Position numbers and translations under genes: made by a program. DNA of 64,000 bases. Source: Chitinophagaceae bacterium (GTDB taxonomy: Bacteria; Bacteroidota; Bacteroidia; Chitinophagales; Chitinophagaceae). Under the pieces are notes generated by a model. The model was not told where the DNA came from, searched no databases, and was given only the letters and a program-made list of their open reading frames with translations. The DNA is taken from contig CANGBQ010000001.1 of the NCBI GenBank assembly GCA_947451985.1, positions 11,471-75,470 of the forward strand, read 5' to 3'. Positions 46,867 to 56,287 of the stretch are shown piece after piece (the first letter of the stretch is position 1; each line of letters starts with the position of its first letter).

Positions 46867-48780
46867 CTATAATTTGTTTGATTTAATTTCTTCTACCACC
46901 AACGGGTCCAACAGGGTAGTGGTATCACCCAAGTTGTCTACTGCGCCTTCTGCAATTTTCCTTAAAATTCTTCTCATGATTTTACCGCTTCGAGTTTTGG
47001 GTAATCCACTCACAAACTGAATTTTATCTGGCTTGGCAATGGCGCCAATAATATTGGCAACAGTTTCACAAATATCTTTTCTGGTTTGTTCTTCGTTTAC
47101 ATGAATGCCATTAAAAATAACATAGGCATACATGCCCTGGCCTTTGATGTCATGTGGATAGCCCACCACCGCACTTTCTACCACACCTGTGTGTCGATTG
47201 ATGGCATTCTCCACTTCGGCGGTTCCAATTCGATGTCCACTCACATTCAATACATCATCTACCCTTCCGGTGATGCGGTAGTCGCCGTCTTTGTCTCGAA
47301 GGCAGCCGTCTCCGGTAAAATAAAGGTTTTCGTATGTAGAAAAGTAAGTAGTTCGACAACGTTCATGGTCCCCAAATGTGGTTCGAAGCATTCCAGGCCA
47401 GGGGAATCGAATGCATAAATTACCAGACACTTCATTTCCTTCAACCAAGGACCCTTTTTCATCTACCAAAATTGGCTGTATGCCTGGTAGCGGTAAGGTG
47501 GCAAAAGACGGCTTCGAGGGAGTGATGCCGGCCAAATTAGAAATCATGACACCGCCTGTTTCTGTTTGCCACCAAGTATCTACAATCGGACAATTCTTTC
47601 TTCCAATATTTTCATCATACCAATGCCAGGCTTCTTCATTGATGGGCTCGCCAACAGTGCCCAAAGTTTTTAACGAGTCCAATTTTTTTCCTTGCAAGGG
47701 CTCCGTGCCAAAACTCATCAAACTTCTGATTGCAGTGGGCGCGGTGTATAAAATATCTACCTGGTGCTTGTCTGCAATTTCCCAGAACCTTCCTGCATCG
47801 GGCCAAGTAGGAATGCCTTCGAACATCAAGGTAGTGGCTCCTGCGCTTAAAGGGCCATATACAATGTAACTGTGTCCTGTGATCCAGCCGATATCCGCTG
47901 TGCAAAAATGCACTTGACCTGGCTTGTATTGAAATACATTTACAAAAGTATAATTCGCCCATACCATATATCCTGCACAAGTATGCACGACTCCTTTGGG
48001 TTTACCAGTACTTCCGGAAGTGTATAAAATGAAGAGCATATCTTCTGCATCCATGATGGCGGCCTTGAATGGCAGATTCCCTTGAGCACTGATTTTTTTC
48101 ATTTCATCTTCCCACCAGCAATCCCGGTCTTTCATCATGCTTACAGGAGTATTGGTGCGGGTAAGTACAATTACTTTTTGAACAGAAGGACAGGTCAGCA
48201 ATGCTTCATCAATGACTGATTTGAGTGGAATGGTTTTATTGCCCCGATAGGCCCCGTCAGCAGTCACCACCAAATTGCATTGAGCGTCTTGAATTCTGTC
48301 TGCAATGCTTTGTGCCGAAAAACCGCCAAACACCACAGAATGGATGGCGCCAATGCGCGCGCAAGCCAGCACAGCAATCGCTAATTCCGGTACCATCGGC
48401 ATATAAATACAAATCCGATCGCCTCGTTTTGCGCCATTCTGGGTGAGTACATGTGCAAAGCGACAAACCTCCTCAAATAATTCCTGATAGGTCAATGTCC
48501 GACTAGGCGTATGCGGATCATTCGACTCCCAAATAATAGCAGGCGTATGGGGCTGTTTTTCTACCCATCGGTCCAGACAATTTTCGGTGATATTGAGCTT
48601 GCCTCCTTTGAACCATTCTATTTTTGGATCGTAAAAATTCCAATTCAATACTTCGTCCCATTGCTGATGCCAAGTAAAATGGCTCGCGATATCAGCCCAA
48701 AAGGATTCAGGTGTCTCTACGCTTTTCTGATAGGCGGCATGGTAATCTTCAATAGAATGAATTTGGTATGGATACGACAT
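46867..48780 (-). CDS. acs: Acetate--CoA ligase (AMP-forming)
   Basis: LYTSGSTGKPKGV, ADIGWITGHSY, DTWWQTETG, YFTGDG, PKTRSGKIMRR. Confidence 0.96.
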   Translation of the reverse strand: MSYPYQIHSIEDYHAAYQKSVETPESFWADIASHFTWHQQWDEVLNWNFYDPKIEWFKGGKLNITENCLDRWVEKQPHTPAIIWESNDPHTPSRTLTYQELFEEVCRFAHVLTQNGAKRGDRICIYMPMVPELAIAVLACARIGAIHSVVFGGFSAQSIADRIQDAQCNLVVTADGAYRGNKTIPLKSVIDEALLTCPSVQKVIVLTRTNTPVSMMKDRDCWWEDEMKKISAQGNLPFKAAIMDAEDMLFILYTSGSTGKPKGVVHTCAGYMVWANYTFVNVFQYKPGQVHFCTADIGWITGHSYIVYGPLSAGATTLMFEGIPTWPDAGRFWEIADKHQVDILYTAPTAIRSLMSFGTEPLQGKKLDSLKTLGTVGEPINEEAWHWYDENIGRKNCPIVDTWWQTETGGVMISNLAGITPSKPSFATLPLPGIQPILVDEKGSLVEGNEVSGNLCIRFPWPGMLRTTFGDHERCRTTYFSTYENLYFTGDGCLRDKDGDYRITGRVDDVLNVSGHRIGTAEVENAINRHTGVVESAVVGYPHDIKGQGMYAYVIFNGIHVNEEQTRKDICETVANIIGAIAKPDKIQFVSGLPKTRSGKIMRRILRKIAEGAVDNLGDTTTLLDPLVVEEIKSNKL

Positions 48781-48845
48781 GTTTGAAGCATTAATGTTCT
48801 TCTAATGTAATAATAATTTACCAATGTGTAGGCTAGTACATCTCC

Positions 48846-51776
48846 TTAATGTGCCATTCCCTGATAGACGGCTTCCAATAAGGCCGACCGAATATTTAAT
48901 TTTTTAAACTGGTCGTTTTCGGTGGGATGAATTCTGTTGCTCAGAAATACAAAAACCAATTGATGGGCAGGATCCGCCCAAGCACAGGTGCCGGTAAAGC
49001 CCAAATGACCAAATGTTTCCGGAGAAGCAGCCGCAGCCGGATAAGGTTCTTTTCTGGTTGCATTGTCTTTTTCTGGTTTGTCAAATCCCAATCCACGTCT
49101 GCTGTGATTGTTTTGATATCTAGTAAACAATTGAATGGTTTCAGGATGCAAATAACTTTTTTGATTCAAGCTGCCACCGTTCAAGAGCATTTGCATAATG
49201 CAGCCTACATCATAGGCGTCTGCAAACAATCCTGCATGTCCTGCAACGCCTCCCATGAGGGCAGCCCCAGGATCGTGGACATCTCCTCTCAACAACTGGT
49301 TTCTAAAAGTCGTTTCTGCTGCGGTGGGTACGATTCGATTGTAGGAAAGATGATTCAATGGATGAAACCCCATTGATTCTAGTTGCATTGGTTCGTAGAA
49401 AGTTTTCTTGACATATTCATCGAGCGGAGTGCCTGTCGATTGTTCTACTACTTTTCCTAAAAAAATAAAATCATTGTCGCTGTACAGATACTTACCGGCT
49501 TCTTGCACCGGGCTTTCCAAGATTTTATTGTAAAACGAATCAATCACATCGTTTCGGACAAATAAATTGCTGGCTACCCGATGAGTATATTGTGCGGAGG
49601 GGTTTGTTAAAAACAATTCTTTTTTGGGTTGACCCTTGGCATCAAGCGTTTCTTTGTAAAATGGAATGTAAGCAGCCAAACCTCCTTCGTGTTCGAGTAA
49701 TTGCTCGATGGTAATGGTTGCTTTATTGGAATGTGTTGTTTCCGGTAAATAATCCATTAATTGTTTGTGCAAATCAATTTTCCCTTCTTCATACAGCCTC
49801 ATAACAGCTAGGTTAGTGGCCAGTATTTTGGTAACAGAAGCCAGGTCATATACCGCGTTTTTATCAACGGCTTCTTTTTGCTCGTAAGTATAATGTCCGT
49901 AAGCTTTTTCAAATATTACTTTTCCATTCTTGGCCACCAATACCACGCAGCCTGGCATGGCTTTACCAGTGATTCCAGCGGCAACGATAGAATCTATTTT
50001 CTTCATTCCTGCTTCGCTGATAGCAATAGAATCTTTTGGATGGGCACTGGGCAAGGATTGATAGGCATCATGAATGCCGAAGCCGAATGGATATTGTGCA
50101 CACACCGTCACCGGCAAGGAGCCTTTGTAAGAAAGACTTCCTGTCAATAGCTCAATGGCAGTCTGTTGAACAATGCTATCATCTTCATAACATACAACCA
50201 GGTTTTTTGCAATACACCAGTTTTGAGCTGCATAGGGATTGCCAAAGGAAAAGGTAATAGCTCTGGCTCTTTGTTGCAACGCGTTGACAAATTGAACGGC
50301 ATCGGCGCTGATGCCAAAATTATTCGCAGGTGTTCTGTTGAATTGATGAATACCAATCACGATGCGTCGATGTCCTGTAACAATCTGATCAATGAGTGCA
50401 GCGACAGAATCTTTGTTTTTTTTACTGTAATCGAAGTAAAAAACATTTGCTTGATACTTTTCTCGCATGCTTTTCGCAAAAAAATTGTCTTTGCTGATAC
50501 CCACACCCACGTAGGCTACATTTTCCTGATTGTATTCGGGTGTAAAAGGAAAAAAAGCTTCATCCTGTTTTGCCAACAAGGTAACAGCGTTGGCTGCAAC
50601 CAAAGCGCGCATAGCGGGCACTTCCCTGTTTAAATCCTGGGTGAGATTTTCGAGTACAATAGGTTGGTTGGCCGGAAGCACATATTTATATTTAGCCATC
50701 AAAACCCTTTTGCAACGCTCTTCAATGTCTGCCCACTTCAATCTGTTTTCTTGAATCGCTGTTTTTATTTTTTCAATCGCCAAGGGTATGCTATCGGGCA
50801 AACAAAGCATGTCGTTGCCTGCAATCAACGCTTCCACGGAGGCTTCTCCATTAGGAAAGAATTTTTTCACGCCTTGCATTTCGAGGCCATCCGTAATGGC
50901 CAAACCTTCAAAGCCAATGTTTTTTCTAAGCAACCCTTGAATATTTTTTTCAGACAATGAAGTAGGTCGATTCATTCTGTCGTCAATGGAAGGAATGTAT
51001 AAGTGTCCAATCATTATACTTCCAATGTTTTGCTGTACGGCTTTTCTGAATGGGTACAATTCTGTGGAATCCAATTGGTCCATGGTTTTATAAATGACCG
51101 GCAGGTCTAGATGAGAATCCACTGCAACGTCTCCATGACCCGGAAAATGCTTGGCGCAGGCCATGATGCCATTGTCTTGCATGCCTTTCATATACTCATT
51201 GCCGTATAATGCTACTTTGTATTTATCCTGTCCAAAACTTCGGTCATTGATGACTGGATTATTGGGATTGTTATTTACATCCATGACCGGGGCATAATTG
51301 GTTTGTATGCCCATGCGCTTGCACTGATTGGCTACTACCTGGCCATATTTGTAAATCAGCATAGGATCGCTGGTGGCACCCAACATCATTTGTCTGGGCA
51401 AAGGCATTACACTATCCGGCATCCGCATGCCCAATCCCCATTCACCATCAATCGAAAACAAAATGGGCGTTTTGGCCAGTTCTTTCAACGAGTTCATGTA
51501 GGTTGCCTGCAAAGTGGGCCCTCCTTGAAAAAGACACACACTGCCGATGTTGTATTTTTTTACATATTCGGCAACTTGATCATATAAGAAAGTTATTTTC
51601 CTGGATTTAAGGTCCATAGAAGACAACCGGGCTACTATTAATTGCCCGATGCGCTCATCCTCACTGAGGCTATTGTACACACTGTCTGTCCATTTTTTTG
51701 CAGCTGACTGGTGCAGCTCTTGAGCACTTGCCTGTATCGATACAATCAATAAAAAAACGGATAAAATCAACCGCAT
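48846..51776 (-). CDS. GH3 beta-N-acetylglucosaminidase fused to a beta-lactamase-fold serine hydrolase, exported
   Basis: GH3: DGEWG, KHFPGHG and TDGLEM nucleophile. C-terminal domain: DLASVTK (SxxK), YSD, HDP, GHAGLF, GHLGFTG. Confidence 0.88.
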   Translation of the reverse strand: MRLILSVFLLIVSIQASAQELHQSAAKKWTDSVYNSLSEDERIGQLIVARLSSMDLKSRKITFLYDQVAEYVKKYNIGSVCLFQGGPTLQATYMNSLKELAKTPILFSIDGEWGLGMRMPDSVMPLPRQMMLGATSDPMLIYKYGQVVANQCKRMGIQTNYAPVMDVNNNPNNPVINDRSFGQDKYKVALYGNEYMKGMQDNGIMACAKHFPGHGDVAVDSHLDLPVIYKTMDQLDSTELYPFRKAVQQNIGSIMIGHLYIPSIDDRMNRPTSLSEKNIQGLLRKNIGFEGLAITDGLEMQGVKKFFPNGEASVEALIAGNDMLCLPDSIPLAIEKIKTAIQENRLKWADIEERCKRVLMAKYKYVLPANQPIVLENLTQDLNREVPAMRALVAANAVTLLAKQDEAFFPFTPEYNQENVAYVGVGISKDNFFAKSMREKYQANVFYFDYSKKNKDSVAALIDQIVTGHRRIVIGIHQFNRTPANNFGISADAVQFVNALQQRARAITFSFGNPYAAQNWCIAKNLVVCYEDDSIVQQTAIELLTGSLSYKGSLPVTVCAQYPFGFGIHDAYQSLPSAHPKDSIAISEAGMKKIDSIVAAGITGKAMPGCVVLVAKNGKVIFEKAYGHYTYEQKEAVDKNAVYDLASVTKILATNLAVMRLYEEGKIDLHKQLMDYLPETTHSNKATITIEQLLEHEGGLAAYIPFYKETLDAKGQPKKELFLTNPSAQYTHRVASNLFVRNDVIDSFYNKILESPVQEAGKYLYSDNDFIFLGKVVEQSTGTPLDEYVKKTFYEPMQLESMGFHPLNHLSYNRIVPTAAETTFRNQLLRGDVHDPGAALMGGVAGHAGLFADAYDVGCIMQMLLNGGSLNQKSYLHPETIQLFTRYQNNHSRRGLGFDKPEKDNATRKEPYPAAAASPETFGHLGFTGTCAWADPAHQLVFVFLSNRIHPTENDQFKKLNIRSALLEAVYQGMAH

Positions 51777-51809
51777 AAAAGCATTCAGTTAATAGTGATG
51801 AGGATTAGT

Positions 51810-51817
51810 TATTTTTG
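51810..51817 (+). promoter_or_regulatory. -7 element (TATTTTTG) for mutL
   Basis: Exact TAnnTTTG downstream of the ORF-track start, which supports the TTG start at 51837. Confidence 0.55.
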
Positions 51818-51836
51818 CCCTACAAATTACAAGATT

Positions 51837-53645
51837 TTGGCAGATATCATACATTTATTACCCGACAACATCGCCAATCAAATTGCAGCTGGTGAAGTGA
51901 TTCAGCGCCCCAGCAGCGCCGTTAAAGAATTGCTCGAAAACGCTGTAGATGCAGGGGCGGACGAAATCAAGCTCATCATCAGTGATGCAGGAAAGTCGTT
52001 GGTACAGGTAATAGACAATGGTAAAGGCATGAGTCCTATTGATGCCAAAATGGCTTTCGAAAGGCATGCAACATCTAAGATCCGAAACATTGACGATTTG
52101 TTTACCATCAAAACCATGGGTTTTAGAGGAGAGGCGCTGGCCAGTATTGCAGCCGTTGCACAAGTGGAGCTGAAAACAAAAAGACCGGAAGATGTTTCAG
52201 GTACATTTATAGAAGTAGAAAATAGCCAGGTGGTGGCCGAGGAGCCCATTGGCATGAACAGCGGAACCAGCATTGCCATGAAAAACTTGTTTTTCAATGT
52301 GCCTGCCCGGCGCAATTTTTTGAAAAGCAATACCACAGAGTTGAAGAATATTGTGGAAGAATTTATCAGAGTGAGTATGGCATTCCCGGATAAATTTTTC
52401 TCTCTTCAGTCGAATGGTCAGGAAGTATTTCATTTAGAAAAGGGAACCTTAAAGCAACGCATAGTTCAAATATTAGGCAATACTTATAACGCCAAGTTGG
52501 TCAGTGTTCTAGAGCATACCGATTATTTGAACATCATGGGCTTTGTAGGAAAGCCTGAGACAGCTAAAAAAACAAGAGGCGATCAGTATATTTTTGTCAA
52601 CAATCGTTTCATCAAAAGTTCCTACCTCAATCATGCCATCATGAATGCTTTTTCGGAATTGATTCCGAAAGACAGCTTCCCGATGTATGCTTTATTCATC
52701 GATTTGAATCCGGCTCAGGTAGACATCAATGTACATCCTACCAAGCAAGAGATCAAATTTGAAGACGAAAAAATCGTTTATGCTTTTGTGCAGTCTGCTG
52801 TTAAGCATGCTTTGGCACAATTTAGCATTACGCCTACGCTAGATTTTGATTTGGATCCTACAATTCAACATTTAGACTCTGTCAGTAAACCTACCAGTGC
52901 GGAACGCAATGCATCTGTGGCTTCGTCCAGTTTATACCAAACCTTTTCTCAAAAAAACCAAGCCCATTTTATTGAGCGAAAAAGTGATTTAAAACATTGG
53001 AAAGATTTCTATGAATCTGATACGAGTGCACCCAAGTCGGTAGAAGAAAGTATTTCTGTCATGCACAAGGAGTATACCGCAACATTTGATCTATTTCAAT
53101 TGAACCATCAGTACATTGTTGTACCCAACGAAACAGGTTTCATGCTGGTGCATCAGCAACATGCCCATGAGCGCGTTTTATATGATCAATATGCCCTTGC
53201 AGTAGAGGGTAAACCTATTGCCACCCAACAAAGTCTTTTCCCTGCCACCATCGAACTCACGCCTGCGGATGCTATTTTATTAACCGAATTACTGGATGAT
53301 TTACAGGAACTGGGTTATCAAATTGAATCTTTTGGCAAACACACTTTTATCATTCAGGGTACTCCTGCAGATGTAAGCCAGGGAAATGAAAAAGTAACCA
53401 TCGAAAAAATATTGGATCAATACAAGCATTTCAATATGGATCTTGCCTGTAGCAAAAGAGAAAAGCTCCTTCGCTCCTTAGCCATGCAAAATGCAGTGAA
53501 AGTAGGAGTGAAACTGGGTCAGAAAGAAATGCAAACATTGGTTGCCGAGTTATTGGCTTGTTCTATGCCTAGTGCTACACCAGGCGGAAAACCCACCTTC
53601 ATGCATTTCAAAAAAGATGAATTGGAAAAAATGTTTGGAAAATAG
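51837..53645 (+). CDS. mutL: DNA mismatch repair protein MutL
   Basis: NQIAAGEVIQRP, ELLENAVDAGA, DNGKG, HATSKI, GFRGEALASI, DINVHPTK.E; clamp motif QQSLF. Confidence 0.95.
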   Translation: MADIIHLLPDNIANQIAAGEVIQRPSSAVKELLENAVDAGADEIKLIISDAGKSLVQVIDNGKGMSPIDAKMAFERHATSKIRNIDDLFTIKTMGFRGEALASIAAVAQVELKTKRPEDVSGTFIEVENSQVVAEEPIGMNSGTSIAMKNLFFNVPARRNFLKSNTTELKNIVEEFIRVSMAFPDKFFSLQSNGQEVFHLEKGTLKQRIVQILGNTYNAKLVSVLEHTDYLNIMGFVGKPETAKKTRGDQYIFVNNRFIKSSYLNHAIMNAFSELIPKDSFPMYALFIDLNPAQVDINVHPTKQEIKFEDEKIVYAFVQSAVKHALAQFSITPTLDFDLDPTIQHLDSVSKPTSAERNASVASSSLYQTFSQKNQAHFIERKSDLKHWKDFYESDTSAPKSVEESISVMHKEYTATFDLFQLNHQYIVVPNETGFMLVHQQHAHERVLYDQYALAVEGKPIATQQSLFPATIELTPADAILLTELLDDLQELGYQIESFGKHTFIIQGTPADVSQGNEKVTIEKILDQYKHFNMDLACSKREKLLRSLAMQNAVKVGVKLGQKEMQTLVAELLACSMPSATPGGKPTFMHFKKDELEKMFGK

Positions 53646-53667
53646 CATTGCTACTATTCATTTGATT

Positions 53668-54987
53668 CTAATAACGCTCCCTAACTGACATTAAAAAATT
53701 TTCAATTGCTTTTCGAACAGGAGTTGCATTTGATAAATAATTGTTTACCATAATGGAGAACACGAATAGCTTTCCTTTTTTCGTGTATAGATAGCCACTC
53801 AAGGAACTATTATTGCTCAGTGTGCCTGTTTTTGCAAAGATGTATCCCTTCGTTTCGGTATAGTATTGTTTCAAGCTGCCTTCGCCGCCGGTGGGCAAAA
53901 TGGCTTTCATTCGTTGAATACCAAATTCGGTGTTTAATTTGTTGAGTATATACACAAACGATTGAGGCGTAAACAAATTGTATCTACTTAATCCGCTGCC
54001 ATCCACCCATTTGATGGGCTGAGGCAGATCCTTCAAATGGTATTGTACTAACGTATCAATCAAAGCAGTTTCATCCATGTAGCCCAGCTGCTTGTTGCTG
54101 GCCATCAAAAGTGTTTGTTCAGCAAAGAAATTGTCGCTTCGATGCATCATGATTGAAAACACCGAATCGCTTGGCTGCGAATGAATGATGTTCATATTGG
54201 CAGCAGGCAAATTTCTATTTTGCTCCATGGGTAGAATGGATGGAAACTCCTGATGCAGTATTTCCATAGCCGTTTGTGAGCCAAGGGTAACAAAAGGAAC
54301 TTCCTTCACGAGGCTGTCTGTTTTTTTCTGCAAATACACAGAAAATACGTTTTCATTTTTATTTCTTTCTATTCGATTGCTTTCGCCTGGGTTGTTTGCT
54401 GCTATTTGATATGCTCCATTGGGAACACGCGGCGTGGCTTGGATGGATTGACCATTTGCTTCAATCTTGGTTACATTTCCATAGATGGGCAGCGCGTTTC
54501 TTTCAGACACAAATGCTTCATTGTAATCGTCCCAGCTCCAGCCCTTTCCATAATAGTTGGTTTGAAAGCGAGGCTTTATCCAAACCACTGGCAACGTATT
54601 TTTTTTAAAAAAATCAATCACCGGTTGATAAGAAAAAAGAGAATGGTGTAAAGTAGGGTCACCCGTTGCCATAGCAAACACAGTGTCTTTCAAAATCTTG
54701 TACTGCAATCCTTCCAAACTGTCTCCTAATATTGACATCCCTGCATAAAGGGTAAACAGTTTTGTATTGCTGGCTGGTATGAAATAATGATCGGCTTGGT
54801 GGTTATAGAGATACTTGTTATTATCCGCGTCGTATATACAAATGCCCAGGTGGCCGTTTTGGATGGCTGCATCAGAAAACAAGTACTCATTCGCTTGGCG
54901 ATGGATTTGCTGTGAAACCGTACAGGAGGTTAATATTCCTATACACATCGAAAAAGCGAAAGCTGTATTTAATGAAAGTCTTACCAT
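53668..54987 (-). CDS. dacB: D-alanyl-D-alanine carboxypeptidase/endopeptidase (PBP4, S13), lipoprotein
   Basis: Lipobox LTSC, PASNTK (SxxK), SDN, DGSGLSRYN, KTG. Confidence 0.9.
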   Translation of the reverse strand: MVRLSLNTAFAFSMCIGILTSCTVSQQIHRQANEYLFSDAAIQNGHLGICIYDADNNKYLYNHQADHYFIPASNTKLFTLYAGMSILGDSLEGLQYKILKDTVFAMATGDPTLHHSLFSYQPVIDFFKKNTLPVVWIKPRFQTNYYGKGWSWDDYNEAFVSERNALPIYGNVTKIEANGQSIQATPRVPNGAYQIAANNPGESNRIERNKNENVFSVYLQKKTDSLVKEVPFVTLGSQTAMEILHQEFPSILPMEQNRNLPAANMNIIHSQPSDSVFSIMMHRSDNFFAEQTLLMASNKQLGYMDETALIDTLVQYHLKDLPQPIKWVDGSGLSRYNLFTPQSFVYILNKLNTEFGIQRMKAILPTGGEGSLKQYYTETKGYIFAKTGTLSNNSSLSGYLYTKKGKLFVFSIMVNNYLSNATPVRKAIENFLMSVRERY

Positions 54988-55016
54988 CGTTTATATATTA
55001 TTGCCAAAAAATAGGA

Positions 55017-56144
55017 TTAATTTCTTTCTTGGGTTCGCAGCCACCTCTCTGGAATTTCATTTCTGCTTGCCTTGATGTAATCGTTTTGACTGCAGGCGAT
55101 GAATTTTTTATCCGGCATTTGCATCCACCACCGATTGCTCCTTTTGCTTTGCAAAAAAACGGTATCGACTTCTGCAAAGCAAGTATGAAATTGATTGAAG
55201 GCTCCTGTATCTTCTAATTTGCTTTCTAGTTTATTTTTATGTCGCCCATCAATAAAATACCAAATCATTTGGGCAATTTGTTTGGCTGTTAAATCTTGCA
55301 AATCCAAACCAGGGTTGTAGCCATAGATTCCAAAACTGCTGAGTTTGTTGCTCATGCCCGCAAATCGAGCTATCATGCATGCTTCTTCTCCATTGAATCC
55401 ATTGGGGCCAAGCGTACTGGCAGGAGAGTCACTGTTCTTAATCGCATTGATATCAAAACTAACCAGCTGCGAGTTTCGAATGGCTGGTTCTATTTCTTCA
55501 ATGTTTTCTTTGGCCATACCCACTCTCCAGCAGTCAAATCGCAATTTGTCCATCGTTTCCAGTAGTCGTGGATGTACAAAATAACTTTGGAATCCTACGT
55601 GATTGTAATGCTTCACCATATTAGGTTCGCTGGTCAGCATTTCTAATAAGAAATTTTCGCTTCGAATGGGGCTGTCATTTCTTAAATCAATCATTGCATC
55701 GATGCAAGTCGCTTCAATTACTTGGGGCATACTGACATAAGAATGGTATTGCGCCAAAGTAATGTCGTGCGAACCTCCTAGAATGAGAGCTGTTTTCCCC
55801 TTTCGGATGATTTCACTCACCACTGTTTTCAGGGCTGCATAACTATCGCCTAGAGTGGCACCAGGGCGTATGTTGCCGATATCGGCAATTGCAATATCCG
55901 TGTGCCAGTATAGCAATTTGTATAGTTGTTTTCGGATGGCATCAGGCGCATCGTCAGGATCAGCAGCATAACCGGCACCTCTTGTTTCGCCAATACCCAC
56001 GATTACAAAATCTGCAGGGGAAATAGCTGGAATTTGGGTTTCGAAGTAAGCAATGGTTTTTCCCAATTGACCATCTGTAAAACCATTGTCATCGTGTAAA
56101 GCCTGTACATTAATCGGAGACAAAAAATCTTGTAGGTCTTGCAT
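55017..56144 (-). CDS. Arginase/formimidoylglutamase-fold protein with degenerate metal site
   Basis: IADIGNI, LGGSHD, DAMID, GFQSY, FDINAI, GF.GEEAC.IARFAG. Start moved to ATG 56144. Confidence 0.78.
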   Translation of the reverse strand: MQDLQDFLSPINVQALHDDNGFTDGQLGKTIAYFETQIPAISPADFVIVGIGETRGAGYAADPDDAPDAIRKQLYKLLYWHTDIAIADIGNIRPGATLGDSYAALKTVVSEIIRKGKTALILGGSHDITLAQYHSYVSMPQVIEATCIDAMIDLRNDSPIRSENFLLEMLTSEPNMVKHYNHVGFQSYFVHPRLLETMDKLRFDCWRVGMAKENIEEIEPAIRNSQLVSFDINAIKNSDSPASTLGPNGFNGEEACMIARFAGMSNKLSSFGIYGYNPGLDLQDLTAKQIAQMIWYFIDGRHKNKLESKLEDTGAFNQFHTCFAEVDTVFLQSKRSNRWWMQMPDKKFIACSQNDYIKASRNEIPERWLRTQERN

Positions 56145-56158
56145 GTGCGATGTTTGCA

Positions 56159-56166
56159 CAAACCTA
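56159..56166 (-). promoter_or_regulatory. -7 element (TAGGTTTG) for the arginase-fold gene
   Basis: Exact TAnnTTTG 14 nt upstream of ATG 56144 (very short leader). Confidence 0.55.
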
Positions 56167-56287
56167 GTTCTTTCATAGGAAATCATAAACAAGATGACTG
56201 ATTTTTCTTTTATTTCTCTTATTTGTATTCTGTAACTTAGCTCTTTACAAAGACCCTATAGGAAGGGTTGTTACAATGGTTTAATCA

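Noticed and set aside
4101-54987. Many peptidoglycan-acting genes (mtgA, two M23, L,D-transpeptidase, GH3 fusion, dacB, deacetylase) as a possible dedicated system
   Set aside because: They are scattered over 50 kb in different operons and orientations among housekeeping genes; there is no clustering evidence.
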